Of a stretch of 32,000 bases of DNA, positions 19,068-28,508 are shown one piece after another. Position 1 is the stretch's first letter; each line of letters begins with the position of its first letter. The notes beneath the pieces were generated by a model that ran no database searches, was not told the DNA's origin, and saw only the letters and a list, made by a program, of their open reading frames with translations. The stretch covers positions 3,540,001-3,572,000 of the forward strand of contig NZ_CP065936.1 of NCBI RefSeq assembly GCF_003367075.2. The letters are read 5' to 3'. The position numbers and the translations under genes are program-made. Source of the stretch: Cylindrospermopsis raciborskii Cr2010. GTDB lineage: Bacteria > Cyanobacteriota > Cyanobacteriia > Cyanobacteriales > Nostocaceae.

Positions 19068-20542
19068 AACTGGACTATGATATAATAATCATTGGTGATA
19101 GTATAGCGGGATATGAAGCTGCTTTATATGCAGCTCAACTACATGCGAAAGTAGCTTTAGTAAAGTCCCAACCTACTTATCAACTAAACTATGTTTACCC
19201 ATTGAGGGAACTGAGCAGGATCTCTTATCAGTACTTGGAAATGATGGGTTTAGGCATTTGTGCCGATCAACCTCCTAGTACGCAGGTACTAAAGCAGCTG
19301 CAACAGCCAGAAAGATGTTTAATTTCTTCTTACCAGCGGGCAATATTTTATGCCCAAGGTATGGAGTCCCAGTTTAACTTAATAAATTCTCTGGATAATT
19401 TAGCTACTCAGGGAGTAGATATAATTATTGGTAGGGGGGAGTTTGTCAATTCTAGAAAACCCAGTTTTAGAGTTCAAGGTCGAACTTTAAGGGGGAGTAG
19501 ATACTTACTGGCCTGTGGTTCGGTGACTAAAATTCCCCACATAGAAAATCTCGCCACCACTGGTTATGTTACCCTAACTAATATTTGGCATTACCTAGTT
19601 AGCACCAATCTACCTAAACACTGGGTAATTATTGGTGGTTTACCCCAAAGTATAGAAATCGCTCAAACCCTAGCTCATTTAGGTTGCCATATAGATTTAG
19701 TCCTCAACCATCCCACGGTTTTATCCCATTTGGAGCCAGAAATAGTTGAATTACTCATCGCCCAACTAGAAGCTGAAGGGGTAAGTATTTTCCGAGAACA
19801 ACCGGTCACCCAAACAACAAAAATTAAAGGTCAAAAATGGGTACAACTAAAAGACCAAGCTATAGAAACTGACGAAATTTTAATAGCTAATCACCAACAA
19901 CCCAAAATAGAGAACCTGAACTTAGCCAGTCCGAGAATTAAATCCTCAAGCGATCGCCTGATCACCAACGACAAACTACAAACCACCAATCCCAATATTT
20001 ACGCCTGTGGAGATATTATAGGTGGTTATGATATGGAGAACATTGCCAAATACGAGGCAAAAATAGCTGTGAAAAACGCCCTATTTTTTCCCAGACATAG
20101 GGTCAACTACAGTGCCATTCCTTGGATAATATCTACCCAACCCATAGTAGCACGGGTAGGAATCACCGAATTACAGGCCAAAAAAACATATAATAAAAAT
20201 CGAGTTCTAGTTTTTAAAAACTACTTTAAGACCACAACAGCAGGTCAAATTAAGAATGAGACCACAGGTATTTGCAAACTAATTGTTTTAGAAAACGGCA
20301 AAATTTTAGGGTGTAGTATATTTGGTCAAGAAGCAGAAGAAATAATCAACCTCATTGGCCTAGCAATAGCTCAAAACTTGAAAATTGATAACTTAGAAAA
20401 TTTAGCTGTCGTCTACCCTAGCTGCTCAGAAATTCTCACCCAAACCGCTAGGGAATGGAGCACCAACAAACTGCACAAAAACCACCTGTTACAAGAGTTC
20501 TTGCAGAGTTTTTTACATTTTCGCCGGGAATGGAAGTTTTAA
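19064..20542 (+). CDS. pyridine nucleotide-disulfide oxidoreductase homolog (dihydrolipoamide dehydrogenase/mercuric reductase-like) with degenerate catalytic motifs
   Basis: 492 aa. YDIIIIGDSIAGYEAALYAAQLHAKVALV, YACGDIIGG, and a C-terminal dimerisation-domain-like region. No CxxxxC follows the first Rossmann motif. ATG 19064 overlaps the cobD TGA (ATGA). Confidence 0.7.
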   Translation: MKLDYDIIIIGDSIAGYEAALYAAQLHAKVALVKSQPTYQLNYVYPLRELSRISYQYLEMMGLGICADQPPSTQVLKQLQQPERCLISSYQRAIFYAQGMESQFNLINSLDNLATQGVDIIIGRGEFVNSRKPSFRVQGRTLRGSRYLLACGSVTKIPHIENLATTGYVTLTNIWHYLVSTNLPKHWVIIGGLPQSIEIAQTLAHLGCHIDLVLNHPTVLSHLEPEIVELLIAQLEAEGVSIFREQPVTQTTKIKGQKWVQLKDQAIETDEILIANHQQPKIENLNLASPRIKSSSDRLITNDKLQTTNPNIYACGDIIGGYDMENIAKYEAKIAVKNALFFPRHRVNYSAIPWIISTQPIVARVGITELQAKKTYNKNRVLVFKNYFKTTTAGQIKNETTGICKLIVLENGKILGCSIFGQEAEEIINLIGLAIAQNLKIDNLENLAVVYPSCSEILTQTAREWSTNKLHKNHLLQEFLQSFLHFRREWKF

Positions 20543-20574
20543 CCTCCATCCCAGCAAAAATATGCCCCTAATAT

Positions 20575-21747
20575 CTAACGAATATACTCCTTGAGAACAC
20601 TGTTCCGATTGGGATGACGCAGTTTCCGCAGAGCCTTGGCCTCGATTTGTCGAATCCTTTCCCGGGTAACATTAAAAATCTGACCGATTTCCTCCAGGGT
20701 TTTCATCCGACCATCATCCAAACCATAGCGCAGTCTCAAAACATCCCTTTCTCGGGGACCCAAACTATCTAAAACTCTTTCTAGGTCTTCCCTAAGAAGA
20801 CTTTTAGAAACCTGATCCTCAGGTGTTTCACCATCAGATTCAATAAAATCTCCTAAACGGGAATCCTCCTCCTTACCAATAGGTGTTTCCAAAGAAATAG
20901 GCAATTGAGCTGATTTAGCAATAAACCTCAGTTTTTCAATGGTCATTTCCATGCGGGTCGCAATTTCTTCCTCCGTGGGTTTGCGTCCCATTTCTTGAGA
21001 TAAAAGTTTGGTAGTTTTCTTAATCCGTGATATAGTTTCGTAAAGGTGAACGGGTAAACGAATGGTTCGAGACTGATCAGCTATTGCCCTTGTAATTGCT
21101 TGACGGATCCACCAAGTTGCATAAGTAGAAAACTTATAGCCCTTTTCATGGTCAAATTTTTCGGCGGCCCGGATCAGACCTAGACTTCCCTCCTGAATTA
21201 AGTCCTGGAATGACAAACCCCGATTCATATATTTTTTGGCAATGGAAACCACTAACCTTAGGTTGGATTGTACCATTTTATCCTTCGCCCTGCGCCCCAC
21301 GTGAAGACGATAGCGGAAGGTTGGTAAGGGCAATTTTACCGCCTCGGCCCATTCCCTAAATTCCGGTTCCCTTTCTAGCTGTTCGTATAAATCATCTCTA
21401 ACTCTTTCTAGCTCCAGCAAATCAGCTATTTTTCGTGCCAACTCAATTTCTTCATCCGCCCGTAATAGTCTAATTCGACCAATCTCTTGCAGGTAAAGAC
21501 GAATTGAGTCCTCAGTAAATGGCTTCTTCTTAGTCTGTGTGCGACGACGCGATTTAGCGGCTTTTCCAGACTTTGCGTCGTCCTCATCAGTCTGAGGCTC
21601 TAAAAAATCATCAATATCCCCGTCATCAACTAGCAGTAAGTCCTCTTCCTCCTCGATTAATAAGAGTTCTTCTTCTATCTCGGGCGGATTTATCATTTCT
21701 AGCTCAGGCTGATAAATGCTATCGAGTACGTTGTTAGCCTGGTTCAT
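20575..21747 (-). CDS. sigA: RNA polymerase principal (group 1) sigma factor
   Basis: 390 aa. Acidic N-terminus, [16 protein letters not shown] (region 1.2), [17 protein letters not shown] (region 2.4), and [30 protein letters not shown] (region 4.2). Confidence 0.95.
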   Translation of the reverse strand: MNQANNVLDSIYQPELEMINPPEIEEELLLIEEEEDLLLVDDGDIDDFLEPQTDEDDAKSGKAAKSRRRTQTKKKPFTEDSIRLYLQEIGRIRLLRADEEIELARKIADLLELERVRDDLYEQLEREPEFREWAEAVKLPLPTFRYRLHVGRRAKDKMVQSNLRLVVSIAKKYMNRGLSFQDLIQEGSLGLIRAAEKFDHEKGYKFSTYATWWIRQAITRAIADQSRTIRLPVHLYETISRIKKTTKLLSQEMGRKPTEEEIATRMEMTIEKLRFIAKSAQLPISLETPIGKEEDSRLGDFIESDGETPEDQVSKSLLREDLERVLDSLGPRERDVLRLRYGLDDGRMKTLEEIGQIFNVTRERIRQIEAKALRKLRHPNRNSVLKEYIR

Positions 21748-22395
21748 GCCGCGTTCCTCATGCTCCTTGCAGAATCAATTTATGGAGTTAAATACCCAAG
21801 GGGTTTTCACTTTTTTTGCCTTTTGTCAAGGCATTATTTTAACTTTTGACGGATCCACTGATGTTTTGCTGAAGATAGTTCAGTAACACTCCTGATTCTC
21901 GTCATTATCCACACACAATTCCCAGTTGACCCCGTCCCCACCTCATAAATATGACTGGTGACAGATTTATTTTGTCAACTCTTTTCTAATTGTAACCTCT
22001 TTCACAGAAATTGCACTTTTTTTGTGTATTAACCATGAACTCATTTCCTCATGGAAGGCCACCTTTATCAAAAAGACATTAAAACAGGTAGTCACACCAT
22101 TAAATCTTATTGAAAACTTTTTGCTTGATCAGTGGCATTCTAATTAAAATGAAAGGAGAAAGGGCCAGAATTATTAGAATCAAAAGCCCAGCTTTGGTCA
22201 GAACGCCAACGGGGTTGAGCTAGACAGGCGTTCTGGTTCACCCACCCTTACGGGGGGACAGGTCTTGAGTTCATTTTTTTTTCAGCCTTATTAACACATT
22301 AGCGCAATGTGGAAATTTCAACCCTATGCAGCTTGACAAACTGTTCCTATTGTATAGGATGATATTTCTGTCTGTTGCTATCTTTCTTTGGAGGA

Positions 22396-24792
22396 CTAGA
22401 TATCTAAGTCTGTTAGGTTTAGCTTAGAACCATAAGTTTCAATAAACTCCCTCCTAGGAGCAACCCGATCGCCCATTAATATGGTAAATATTCTGTCAGC
22501 TTCTGCTGCATCCTCTATTTCCACCTGTTTCAGGGTTCTGGTTTCAGGGTTCATGGTGGTAGTCCACAGTTGTTCTGGCATCATTTCACCCAACCCTTTG
22601 AATCGCTGAATTGTGTAATTAGCGTTTCCTGGTAAGGTACTGATGTGTTGTTGTAGTTCTCGATCGCTGTAACAGTAATGATAGTTCTTTCCTCTCTCTA
22701 CTTTGTACAGTGGTGGACAGGCAATGTAGATGAATCCCTGTTCAATTAATGATCTTTGGTATCTATAGAAAAATGTCAGCAGCAAGGTACGAATGTGGGC
22801 CCCATCCACGTCCGCATCTGTCATGATGACTACCCGATGATACCGCAATTGTGAAGCGTCAAACTCTTCACCTTTCACCCCTAGGCCTAAAGCCGTAATT
22901 AATGATTGTACCTCATTATTTTTATAAATTTTCGCATCATCGGTTTTTTCTATATTCAAAATTTTACCCCGTAGAGGCAAAATTGCCTGAGTCCGGCGAT
23001 CGCGTCCTTGTTTGGCACTATTATGGACAAAAACTCCTGCTGTTAAGGCAAAGTTATGGGTATGGGGAACTTCTAAATCATAAACATCAAATTTTTCGGC
23101 TAAACTTTCCACACTTATCACCCGGTGGTTATAGGTGGTGACAGCACTCCGAATTACAGCAGGTATAGACTGGTCATAATAGGGCATTAAAGAATCCTGT
23201 GGAGTGAGCAAACCAGCAGCTTGGTAATTTCCATCCCGCAACATAAATAAATGGTCAGGAGTGCAAATCAAAACCTGGTCATTATCCAAAGTTACCCTGA
23301 CCACTGGAGCATTGGTTTTGGTCCTGCGAACATGAAGAATTTTTCCTGTGCCTATCTCACCATTTTCCTGTATGGTATAACAATAGTTTTGTTTACCTGC
23401 TGCTTGTTCAGCTATCAAATCCGTAAAAGTAAGATTACGTCCATCCGTGAGGGAAACTAAAGTATTCCCCACAAAACAACCACCCGCACTATCCCCTTCC
23501 ACAATAAATATTTCCGACTCAGCAGGGTCGCGGGAACTGCAATCAGCTAATTTACCTGGTAAAGGGGAAGATTCCAAAACAGACTTTCTCCGAACCAGCT
23601 CCCTTGCATGTCTAGCTGCTTCTGCGGCTTTAAAAGCCTGGATAGCCTTATCCAAAATAGAGTCAGCAATACCAGGGTGAAATTCTAGATATTCCGTCAG
23701 CACTTCTCCCACCAGAGAATCCACAATGCCACGCACTTCCGTATTACCCAACTTGGTTTTGGTTTGTCCCTCAAACTCCGGATCAGGAACCTTCACGGAA
23801 ATAACTGCGGTTAAACCTTCCCTCACATGTTCCCCACTGAGATTGGATTCACTCTCCTTAATTTTATTGCGTTTGCGGGCGATAGAATTCAAAGTTCTTG
23901 TGAGAACAGTCTTTAAACCTTCTAAATGAGTACCACCATCAATAGTGCGAATATTGTTAGCAAAACCTAAAACATTATCAGTATAAGCATCTGTACACCA
24001 TTGTAAAGCCACCTCCACTTGAACATTATTGCGCTCACCTTGGACGTAGATAATTTCCTCATGTAAAGCCTGCTTATCTCGATTTATGTAGGATACATAT
24101 TCCTTAATTCCCCCCTTATACTCATAAGTTTCTACTTTAGGGGTATCAGTTTTGAGGAGTTCCAAACGATGATCAGTAAAACTAATTTTCACCCCTGCAT
24201 TGAGATAAGCCAACTCTCGGAGACGACCGGCCAGAGTAATATAATCAAATTCAATACCAGTAGTAAAAATTTGGACATCTGGTTTAAACTTTACGGATGT
24301 GCCAGTACGGGAATGTTGGTCTGGTTCTACCTGCAATTCAGTTGTAGGTGCACCTCGTTCATAACGTTGAGTATGAACCTTATGCTCTCGCCAAACCGTA
24401 ATATCAACTACTTCCGATAGAGCATTAACCACAGACACACCCACACCGTGTAAACCCCCAGAAACCTTGTAACCACCGCCTCCAAATTTACCACCAGCGT
24501 GGAGTACAGTTAACACAGTTTCCAGAGCGGACTTACCGGTTTTAGGGTGAATATCAGTGGGAATACCTCGACCATCATCAGTCACCGTACAGGAACCATC
24601 AGCATTGAGTTCTACATCTACATGGGTACAGTAACCCGCCAAAGCCTCATCAACAGAGTTATCAACTACCTCATAAACTAGATGGTGCAGTCCTCGCGGT
24701 CCGGTAGAGCCAATATACATACCCGGTCGTTTGCGGACGGCTTCCAGACCTTCCAGAACTTGAATCTGATCGGCACTGTAACTGCTCGTCAT
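22396..24792 (-). CDS. gyrB: DNA gyrase subunit B, intein-containing precursor
   Basis: 798 aa. Has the GHKL ATPase block ([22 protein letters not shown]), the Toprim block EGDSAGG...SAKQGRDR, and [12 protein letters not shown]. It is 645 aa once the 153-aa insert is removed. Confidence 0.97.
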   Translation of the reverse strand: MTSSYSADQIQVLEGLEAVRKRPGMYIGSTGPRGLHHLVYEVVDNSVDEALAGYCTHVDVELNADGSCTVTDDGRGIPTDIHPKTGKSALETVLTVLHAGGKFGGGGYKVSGGLHGVGVSVVNALSEVVDITVWREHKVHTQRYERGAPTTELQVEPDQHSRTGTSVKFKPDVQIFTTGIEFDYITLAGRLRELAYLNAGVKISFTDHRLELLKTDTPKVETYEYKGGIKEYVSYINRDKQALHEEIIYVQGERNNVQVEVALQWCTDAYTDNVLGFANNIRTIDGGTHLEGLKTVLTRTLNSIARKRNKIKESESNLSGEHVREGLTAVISVKVPDPEFEGQTKTKLGNTEVRGIVDSLVGEVLTEYLEFHPGIADSILDKAIQAFKAAEAARHARELVRRKSVLESSPLPGKLADCSSRDPAESEIFIVEGDSAGGCFVGNTLVSLTDGRNLTFTDLIAEQAAGKQNYCYTIQENGEIGTGKILHVRRTKTNAPVVRVTLDNDQVLICTPDHLFMLRDGNYQAAGLLTPQDSLMPYYDQSIPAVIRSAVTTYNHRVISVESLAEKFDVYDLEVPHTHNFALTAGVFVHNSAKQGRDRRTQAILPLRGKILNIEKTDDAKIYKNNEVQSLITALGLGVKGEEFDASQLRYHRVVIMTDADVDGAHIRTLLLTFFYRYQRSLIEQGFIYIACPPLYKVERGKNYHYCYSDRELQQHISTLPGNANYTIQRFKGLGEMMPEQLWTTTMNPETRTLKQVEIEDAAEADRIFTILMGDRVAPRREFIETYGSKLNLTDLDI
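23020..23478 (-). mobile_element. 153-aa mini-intein inserted in the GyrB Toprim domain (no homing endonuclease domain)
   Basis: Residues 439-591 by my count. Cys1 (codon TGT at 23478-23476) opens [13 protein letters not shown] (block A). CTPDHLF is block B (TxxH) and [12 protein letters not shown] is block F. It ends GVFVHN (Asn codon at 23022-23020), followed by Ser+1 of SAKQGRDR. Confidence 0.88.
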
Positions 24793-24948
24793 GAAAATTC
24801 TCCTGATTTAAAGGGCGTTAATTCGCTAGAAACATAAAAAAGTAAAATCACCCCAGAATTATAGCACTAAAGCCTTGGTGTCGTGTTTAGCACCATTTAG
24901 TGATAAATTGATATGAGAGGGGGGGATGAGGTAAATGAGTAAATCAAG

Positions 24949-25881
24949 ATGGATCAATCAATTAGGTTAGATAGGGCTGTTAAGCTCATAGTGATTTGTG
25001 GTGCAACAGCAACGGGGAAATCTGGACTGGGGGTGAGTTTAGCACAAAGACTTGGTTGTGTCATTCTAGGTGCTGATTCCCGTCAGGTGTACCGTGAATT
25101 TAATATTGGAACAGCCAAGCCAACGGAGGAAGAACGGGGGTTAGTGCCCCATTATCTCATAGATATATGTGAACCAACAGAAACCTTAACAGTAGCAGAT
25201 TATCAAGAACAGGCCCAACGGTTAATTGATAATTTGCCAGTTTCACCATTATTTTTAGTTGGTGGTACAGGTTTATATATTCGGGCTATTGTCCAAGGCA
25301 TGAAAATTCCCAGAGTATCTCCACATCCCCAATTGCGCTCCCAATTGGAGTCATTAGGTCAACATCAACTTTATCAGATGTTGCAACAGGTTGATGCAGT
25401 TGCTGCAAGAAAAATTCACTCCCATGATTTAGTCAGGACTTTAAGGGCGTTAGAGGTGTATTATGTCACAGGTTTTCCCATATCTGAACAGCAGGGAGAG
25501 AGACCACCCACCTACCCAATTTTACAACTTTATTTAGATTGTGAACCAGATGTTTTGGATTTGAGAATTTATGGGAGGACAAAGCAAATGATTAAAGATG
25601 GTTTGCTAGAGGAGGTGGAGTATCTATGTCAAAGGTATGGTGTGGATTTACCTTTATTAAATACATTGGGATACGTAGAGACTAAGCAATATTTAGCTGG
25701 GGAGATTAGTTTAGAAGCGGCAATAGATTTAATTGCTTTACACACCAGGCAATTTGCCAAGCGCCAGCGAACTTGGTTTAGACAGTCTTCCAATTTAGAA
25801 TATTTTGATGTTAATAGTCCGGACTTATTAAGTAGTATTTGCAAAAGGGTAGACGACTTCCTTTGGGATTGTAGCAGCTAG
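24949..25881 (+). CDS. miaA: tRNA dimethylallyltransferase
   Basis: P-loop ICGATATGKSGLGVSLAQRL, DSRQVYREFNIGTAKPT, LVGGTGLYIRA, and FAKRQRTWFR. 310 aa. Confidence 0.9.
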   Translation: MDQSIRLDRAVKLIVICGATATGKSGLGVSLAQRLGCVILGADSRQVYREFNIGTAKPTEEERGLVPHYLIDICEPTETLTVADYQEQAQRLIDNLPVSPLFLVGGTGLYIRAIVQGMKIPRVSPHPQLRSQLESLGQHQLYQMLQQVDAVAARKIHSHDLVRTLRALEVYYVTGFPISEQQGERPPTYPILQLYLDCEPDVLDLRIYGRTKQMIKDGLLEEVEYLCQRYGVDLPLLNTLGYVETKQYLAGEISLEAAIDLIALHTRQFAKRQRTWFRQSSNLEYFDVNSPDLLSSICKRVDDFLWDCSS

Positions 25882-26005
25882 GTTGGATTGTTTTATTAAT
25901 TTTTATGTGCGATCGCCCTGTCTAGTTAAAATTTTGTGTTGACTTGAAAAAATTATGGTACGGTACCTATCGGTATCTGTATCTCACCTGGACAGGTTTT
26001 AGACT

Positions 26006-26824
26006 ATGACCATATCTATAAAAGAAAAACAGCCCAAACCCAATCTCAACTGGCAATTACAACGCTTTTGGGAAATTCTATATGTTTTGGTGGTGCGGAC
26101 TTTAAAGGTAAGATATCGGGGTTCAATTTTGGGTGTTTATTGGTCATTGCTTAACCCATTAATCATGACGAGTCTATACACAGCGATTTTCGGTGCTACT
26201 TTTTCTGCCTACTATAATAATTCCATCACCAATTACGTGCTGGCGGCATTTACGGGACTGGTGGTGATAAATTTCTTTTCAGCATCCACGACCCAGTGCT
26301 TGGTGAGTGTAGTGGGTAATGGGACATTATTGAATAAGATTCAGTTACCGGTTAGTATTTTTCCCGTTTCTATGGTAGCATCGAATGTGTTTCAATTTTC
26401 TGTTAGTACATTTCCCCTATTGGCAGTAATGACTTTGATCAATGCCAAGAGTATGGTGAATGTGGCGGCACTGATGTTTCCATTTTTAGCTCTAGTTTTA
26501 GTTTGTACGGGGGTTGGATTTTTGGTTAGTGCACTGTATGTGTTCTTCAGGGATTTACCCTACTTTTATGAGTTGGTCGTGTTTGTGCTTTGGATCAGTA
26601 GCCCGGTGTTTTATCCAGCAGCTATTGTGCCACCACAGGTTAGACCTTTTCTTGGTTTAAATCCCCTATCACCAATTATTGAGAGCTTGCGGCAGATTAC
26701 ATTGTCCGGTTCACCTCCAGATTTAGGGTTGATATGGGGTGCATTGTTGAGTGGAATGATTATTTTGTCATTTGGATGGACTTGTTTTCATCTGTGGCGT
26801 CATAAATTTATGGATTTGCTGTGA
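26006..26824 (+). CDS. ABC-2 type polysaccharide/O-antigen export permease (Wzm/TagG/RgpC-like)
   Basis: 272 aa. LKVRYRGSILGVYWSLLNPLIMTSLYTAIFG, typical of the ABC-2 N-terminal motif, and about 6 TM segments. No NBD gene follows it. Confidence 0.8.
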   Translation: MTISIKEKQPKPNLNWQLQRFWEILYVLVVRTLKVRYRGSILGVYWSLLNPLIMTSLYTAIFGATFSAYYNNSITNYVLAAFTGLVVINFFSASTTQCLVSVVGNGTLLNKIQLPVSIFPVSMVASNVFQFSVSTFPLLAVMTLINAKSMVNVAALMFPFLALVLVCTGVGFLVSALYVFFRDLPYFYELVVFVLWISSPVFYPAAIVPPQVRPFLGLNPLSPIIESLRQITLSGSPPDLGLIWGALLSGMIILSFGWTCFHLWRHKFMDLL

Positions 26825-26870
26825 GCTTGAAAAATTTTGTAGACATAATAGAGGTAATTTGGAGACTTAA

Positions 26871-27521
26871 ATGGTGTCATTGATTAAGCATTTAGACATA
26901 ATAAGCTACGATGTAAACACTTTTCCTTTTGCTAGTATTCTTGAAGAACTGTTTGGTTACCCACTAGAAAGACTTCATGAGCTGAAGAACTACCCTCGGT
27001 TTACCCGTGAAAGTGATCAAGTGACTGTTTTCCATCGTCAGTTTTATGATGCATTCGGCATTGTTCTTAAAGACCTATATCTAGAGTTTTTGAGAGCTGT
27101 TATTTATCCCTATCTTAGGGATGATCTGGTCTACCAAAAAGTACCTACTTTCAGAGTTGGGTTTCCCAACAATGTATGGGTAGGTGAGTATCATCGAGAT
27201 GGCTGGTATGGACATCCACATGAAGAGCTTAATTTTTTGCTTCCTTTCACTGACATGTACGGTTCTAAATCCTTGTATGTTGAGTCTGAATCCTCTAAGG
27301 GAGATTTCCAACCCCAGAGTGTTAAATATGGAGAAATACTTCATTTTGATCATACAAGATGCACCCATGGTAATGAACTGAATTTGGAAGGTACAACCCA
27401 TGTTAGCTTTGATTTCAGAGTTATACCTTACAAAAATTATAGTGAAAATTTGGGCGGGAAGTCTATTAACACCGGGATGGAATTTAAAATAGGTGGTTAT
27501 TTTGACTTAATGACTTTTTAA
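26871..27521 (+). CDS. hypothetical protein, possible Fe(II)/2-oxoglutarate oxygenase-like (double-stranded beta-helix) fold
   Basis: 216 aa. Candidate facial triad: H-R-D in GEYHRDGWYGH and a distal His in HTRCTHGN about 58 residues later, with R in SFDFRV after that. GGAGA sits upstream of the ATG. Fold assignment is inference only. Confidence 0.35.
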   Translation: MVSLIKHLDIISYDVNTFPFASILEELFGYPLERLHELKNYPRFTRESDQVTVFHRQFYDAFGIVLKDLYLEFLRAVIYPYLRDDLVYQKVPTFRVGFPNNVWVGEYHRDGWYGHPHEELNFLLPFTDMYGSKSLYVESESSKGDFQPQSVKYGEILHFDHTRCTHGNELNLEGTTHVSFDFRVIPYKNYSENLGGKSINTGMEFKIGGYFDLMTF

Positions 27522-27610
27522 TTGGCCGCCTACAGGGGATACCATATCGAGTTTTAACTTCTCTTACGGTATCTTTAGTGATTGGTAAAATATTTTAGGA
27601 AACAAATTTT

Positions 27611-28504
27611 ATGAATGTTGTCATACTAGGAAGTACTGGAATTATTGGGAGTCAATTGCTTTCAGACTTATCCTGCTTTTCGCAATTTCATTTAATTCCT
27701 TTGTCATCTTGTGACCTAGACCTATACTTTAATTTGGAACAATTGGAAAGTAGGATTGTTGGATTGCGACCAGACATCGTCATCAATGCTGTCGGCTTTA
27801 CAAACATTGATGCTATAGAAAATGATAAGAATAAGGGTTTTTTCCTCAACTGTATTTTTCCCCATCGTCTTGCTGAGATTTGTTATCGATTATCTATCCA
27901 GCTAGTTCACTTCTCGTCTGATAATGTGTTTAATGGTCTAAAAACTGATCCTTACACAGAAGAAGATAAATTATGTCCAATTAACTACTACGGATGGACT
28001 AAAGCTCATGCTGACAAGGTTTTGTTAGAGAGTTTTTGTGATAACACGGTCATATTTAGAATTTCTGGCATCTATTCGTATGTAAGAAAAAACTTCTTTA
28101 CATCTTTCTTGGAGCGTCTAGCGAAACAGAACACTGTAGATGTAGTAAATGATATTGTTGTAGCCCCAACTCCCGTAAATCTAGTGTCTAAATCTATAAC
28201 TAAATTGATTTACAACAATCAAATCTCCCAAATGAAAGGTGTCTATAACTTAACTCCCAAAGGTAATACTTCATGGTTTGATTTTGCAAAAATGGTTATC
28301 AGATCTATAAAACTTGAAAATAAGTCAATTCTTCCCATAAGTTGTGGAGCTTATTCTTCTAAGGTAAAACGTCCCCAAATGTGTCTTCTTGATTCCCAAA
28401 AGCTGGAAAGCAAAACTTGCATAAGTTTGCCAACCTGGGAGAAGGCCCTTCAGGAATTTATGAGTCTTGATACTGTTAATCTACTGGTAAAACATCTCAT
28501 CTAA
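27611..28504 (+). CDS. RmlD-like NAD(P)-dependent sugar reductase (dTDP-4-dehydrorhamnose reductase family)
   Basis: N-terminal Rossmann VVILGSTGIIGSQL, INAVGFTNID, HFSSDNVFNG, and YxxxK in NYYGWTKAHADK. At 297 aa the length is typical of RmlD. Confidence 0.6.
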   Translation: MNVVILGSTGIIGSQLLSDLSCFSQFHLIPLSSCDLDLYFNLEQLESRIVGLRPDIVINAVGFTNIDAIENDKNKGFFLNCIFPHRLAEICYRLSIQLVHFSSDNVFNGLKTDPYTEEDKLCPINYYGWTKAHADKVLLESFCDNTVIFRISGIYSYVRKNFFTSFLERLAKQNTVDVVNDIVVAPTPVNLVSKSITKLIYNNQISQMKGVYNLTPKGNTSWFDFAKMVIRSIKLENKSILPISCGAYSSKVKRPQMCLLDSQKLESKTCISLPTWEKALQEFMSLDTVNLLVKHLI

Positions 28505-28508
28505 TTTT

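Noticed and set aside
22149-22223. 24-codon ORF (MKGERARIIRIKSPALVRTPTGLS) in the sigA-gyrB spacer
   Set aside because: There is no Shine-Dalgarno upstream of its ATG; the AGGAG lies downstream of it. It is very short and overlaps the predicted RNA hairpin, so a non-coding role is more plausible.
22274-22282. T9 run considered as the gyrB terminator tail
   Set aside because: gyrB is on the minus strand, where this reads as A9. It cannot serve as the U-tract of a gyrB terminator.
22902-24420. Five plus-strand ORFs (22902-23141, 23251-23460, 23447-23680, 23726-23929, 24169-24420) antisense to gyrB, two of them opposite the intein
   Set aside because: I checked whether any could be a homing-endonuclease remnant. 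None shows LAGLIDADG, HNH or GIY-YIG motifs. All are antisense shadows.
24862-24905. 9/10 inverted repeat (TAGCACTAAA / TTTAGTGATA) in the gyrB-miaA divergent spacer
   Set aside because: It is imperfect and AT-rich with a 24-nt loop, so it is indistinguishable from chance by eye. I noted it but it is not strong enough to call a regulatory site.
25629-25844. 71-aa minus-strand ORF inside miaA
   Set aside because: It is an antisense shadow of a well-supported CDS.
27081-27401. ORFs 27081-27401 (minus strand) and 27184-27381 (plus strand, other frame) within the 216-aa gene
   Set aside because: Both are shorter than the 26871-27521 ORF and nested within it. That longer ORF has a GGAGA RBS and a sensible start.
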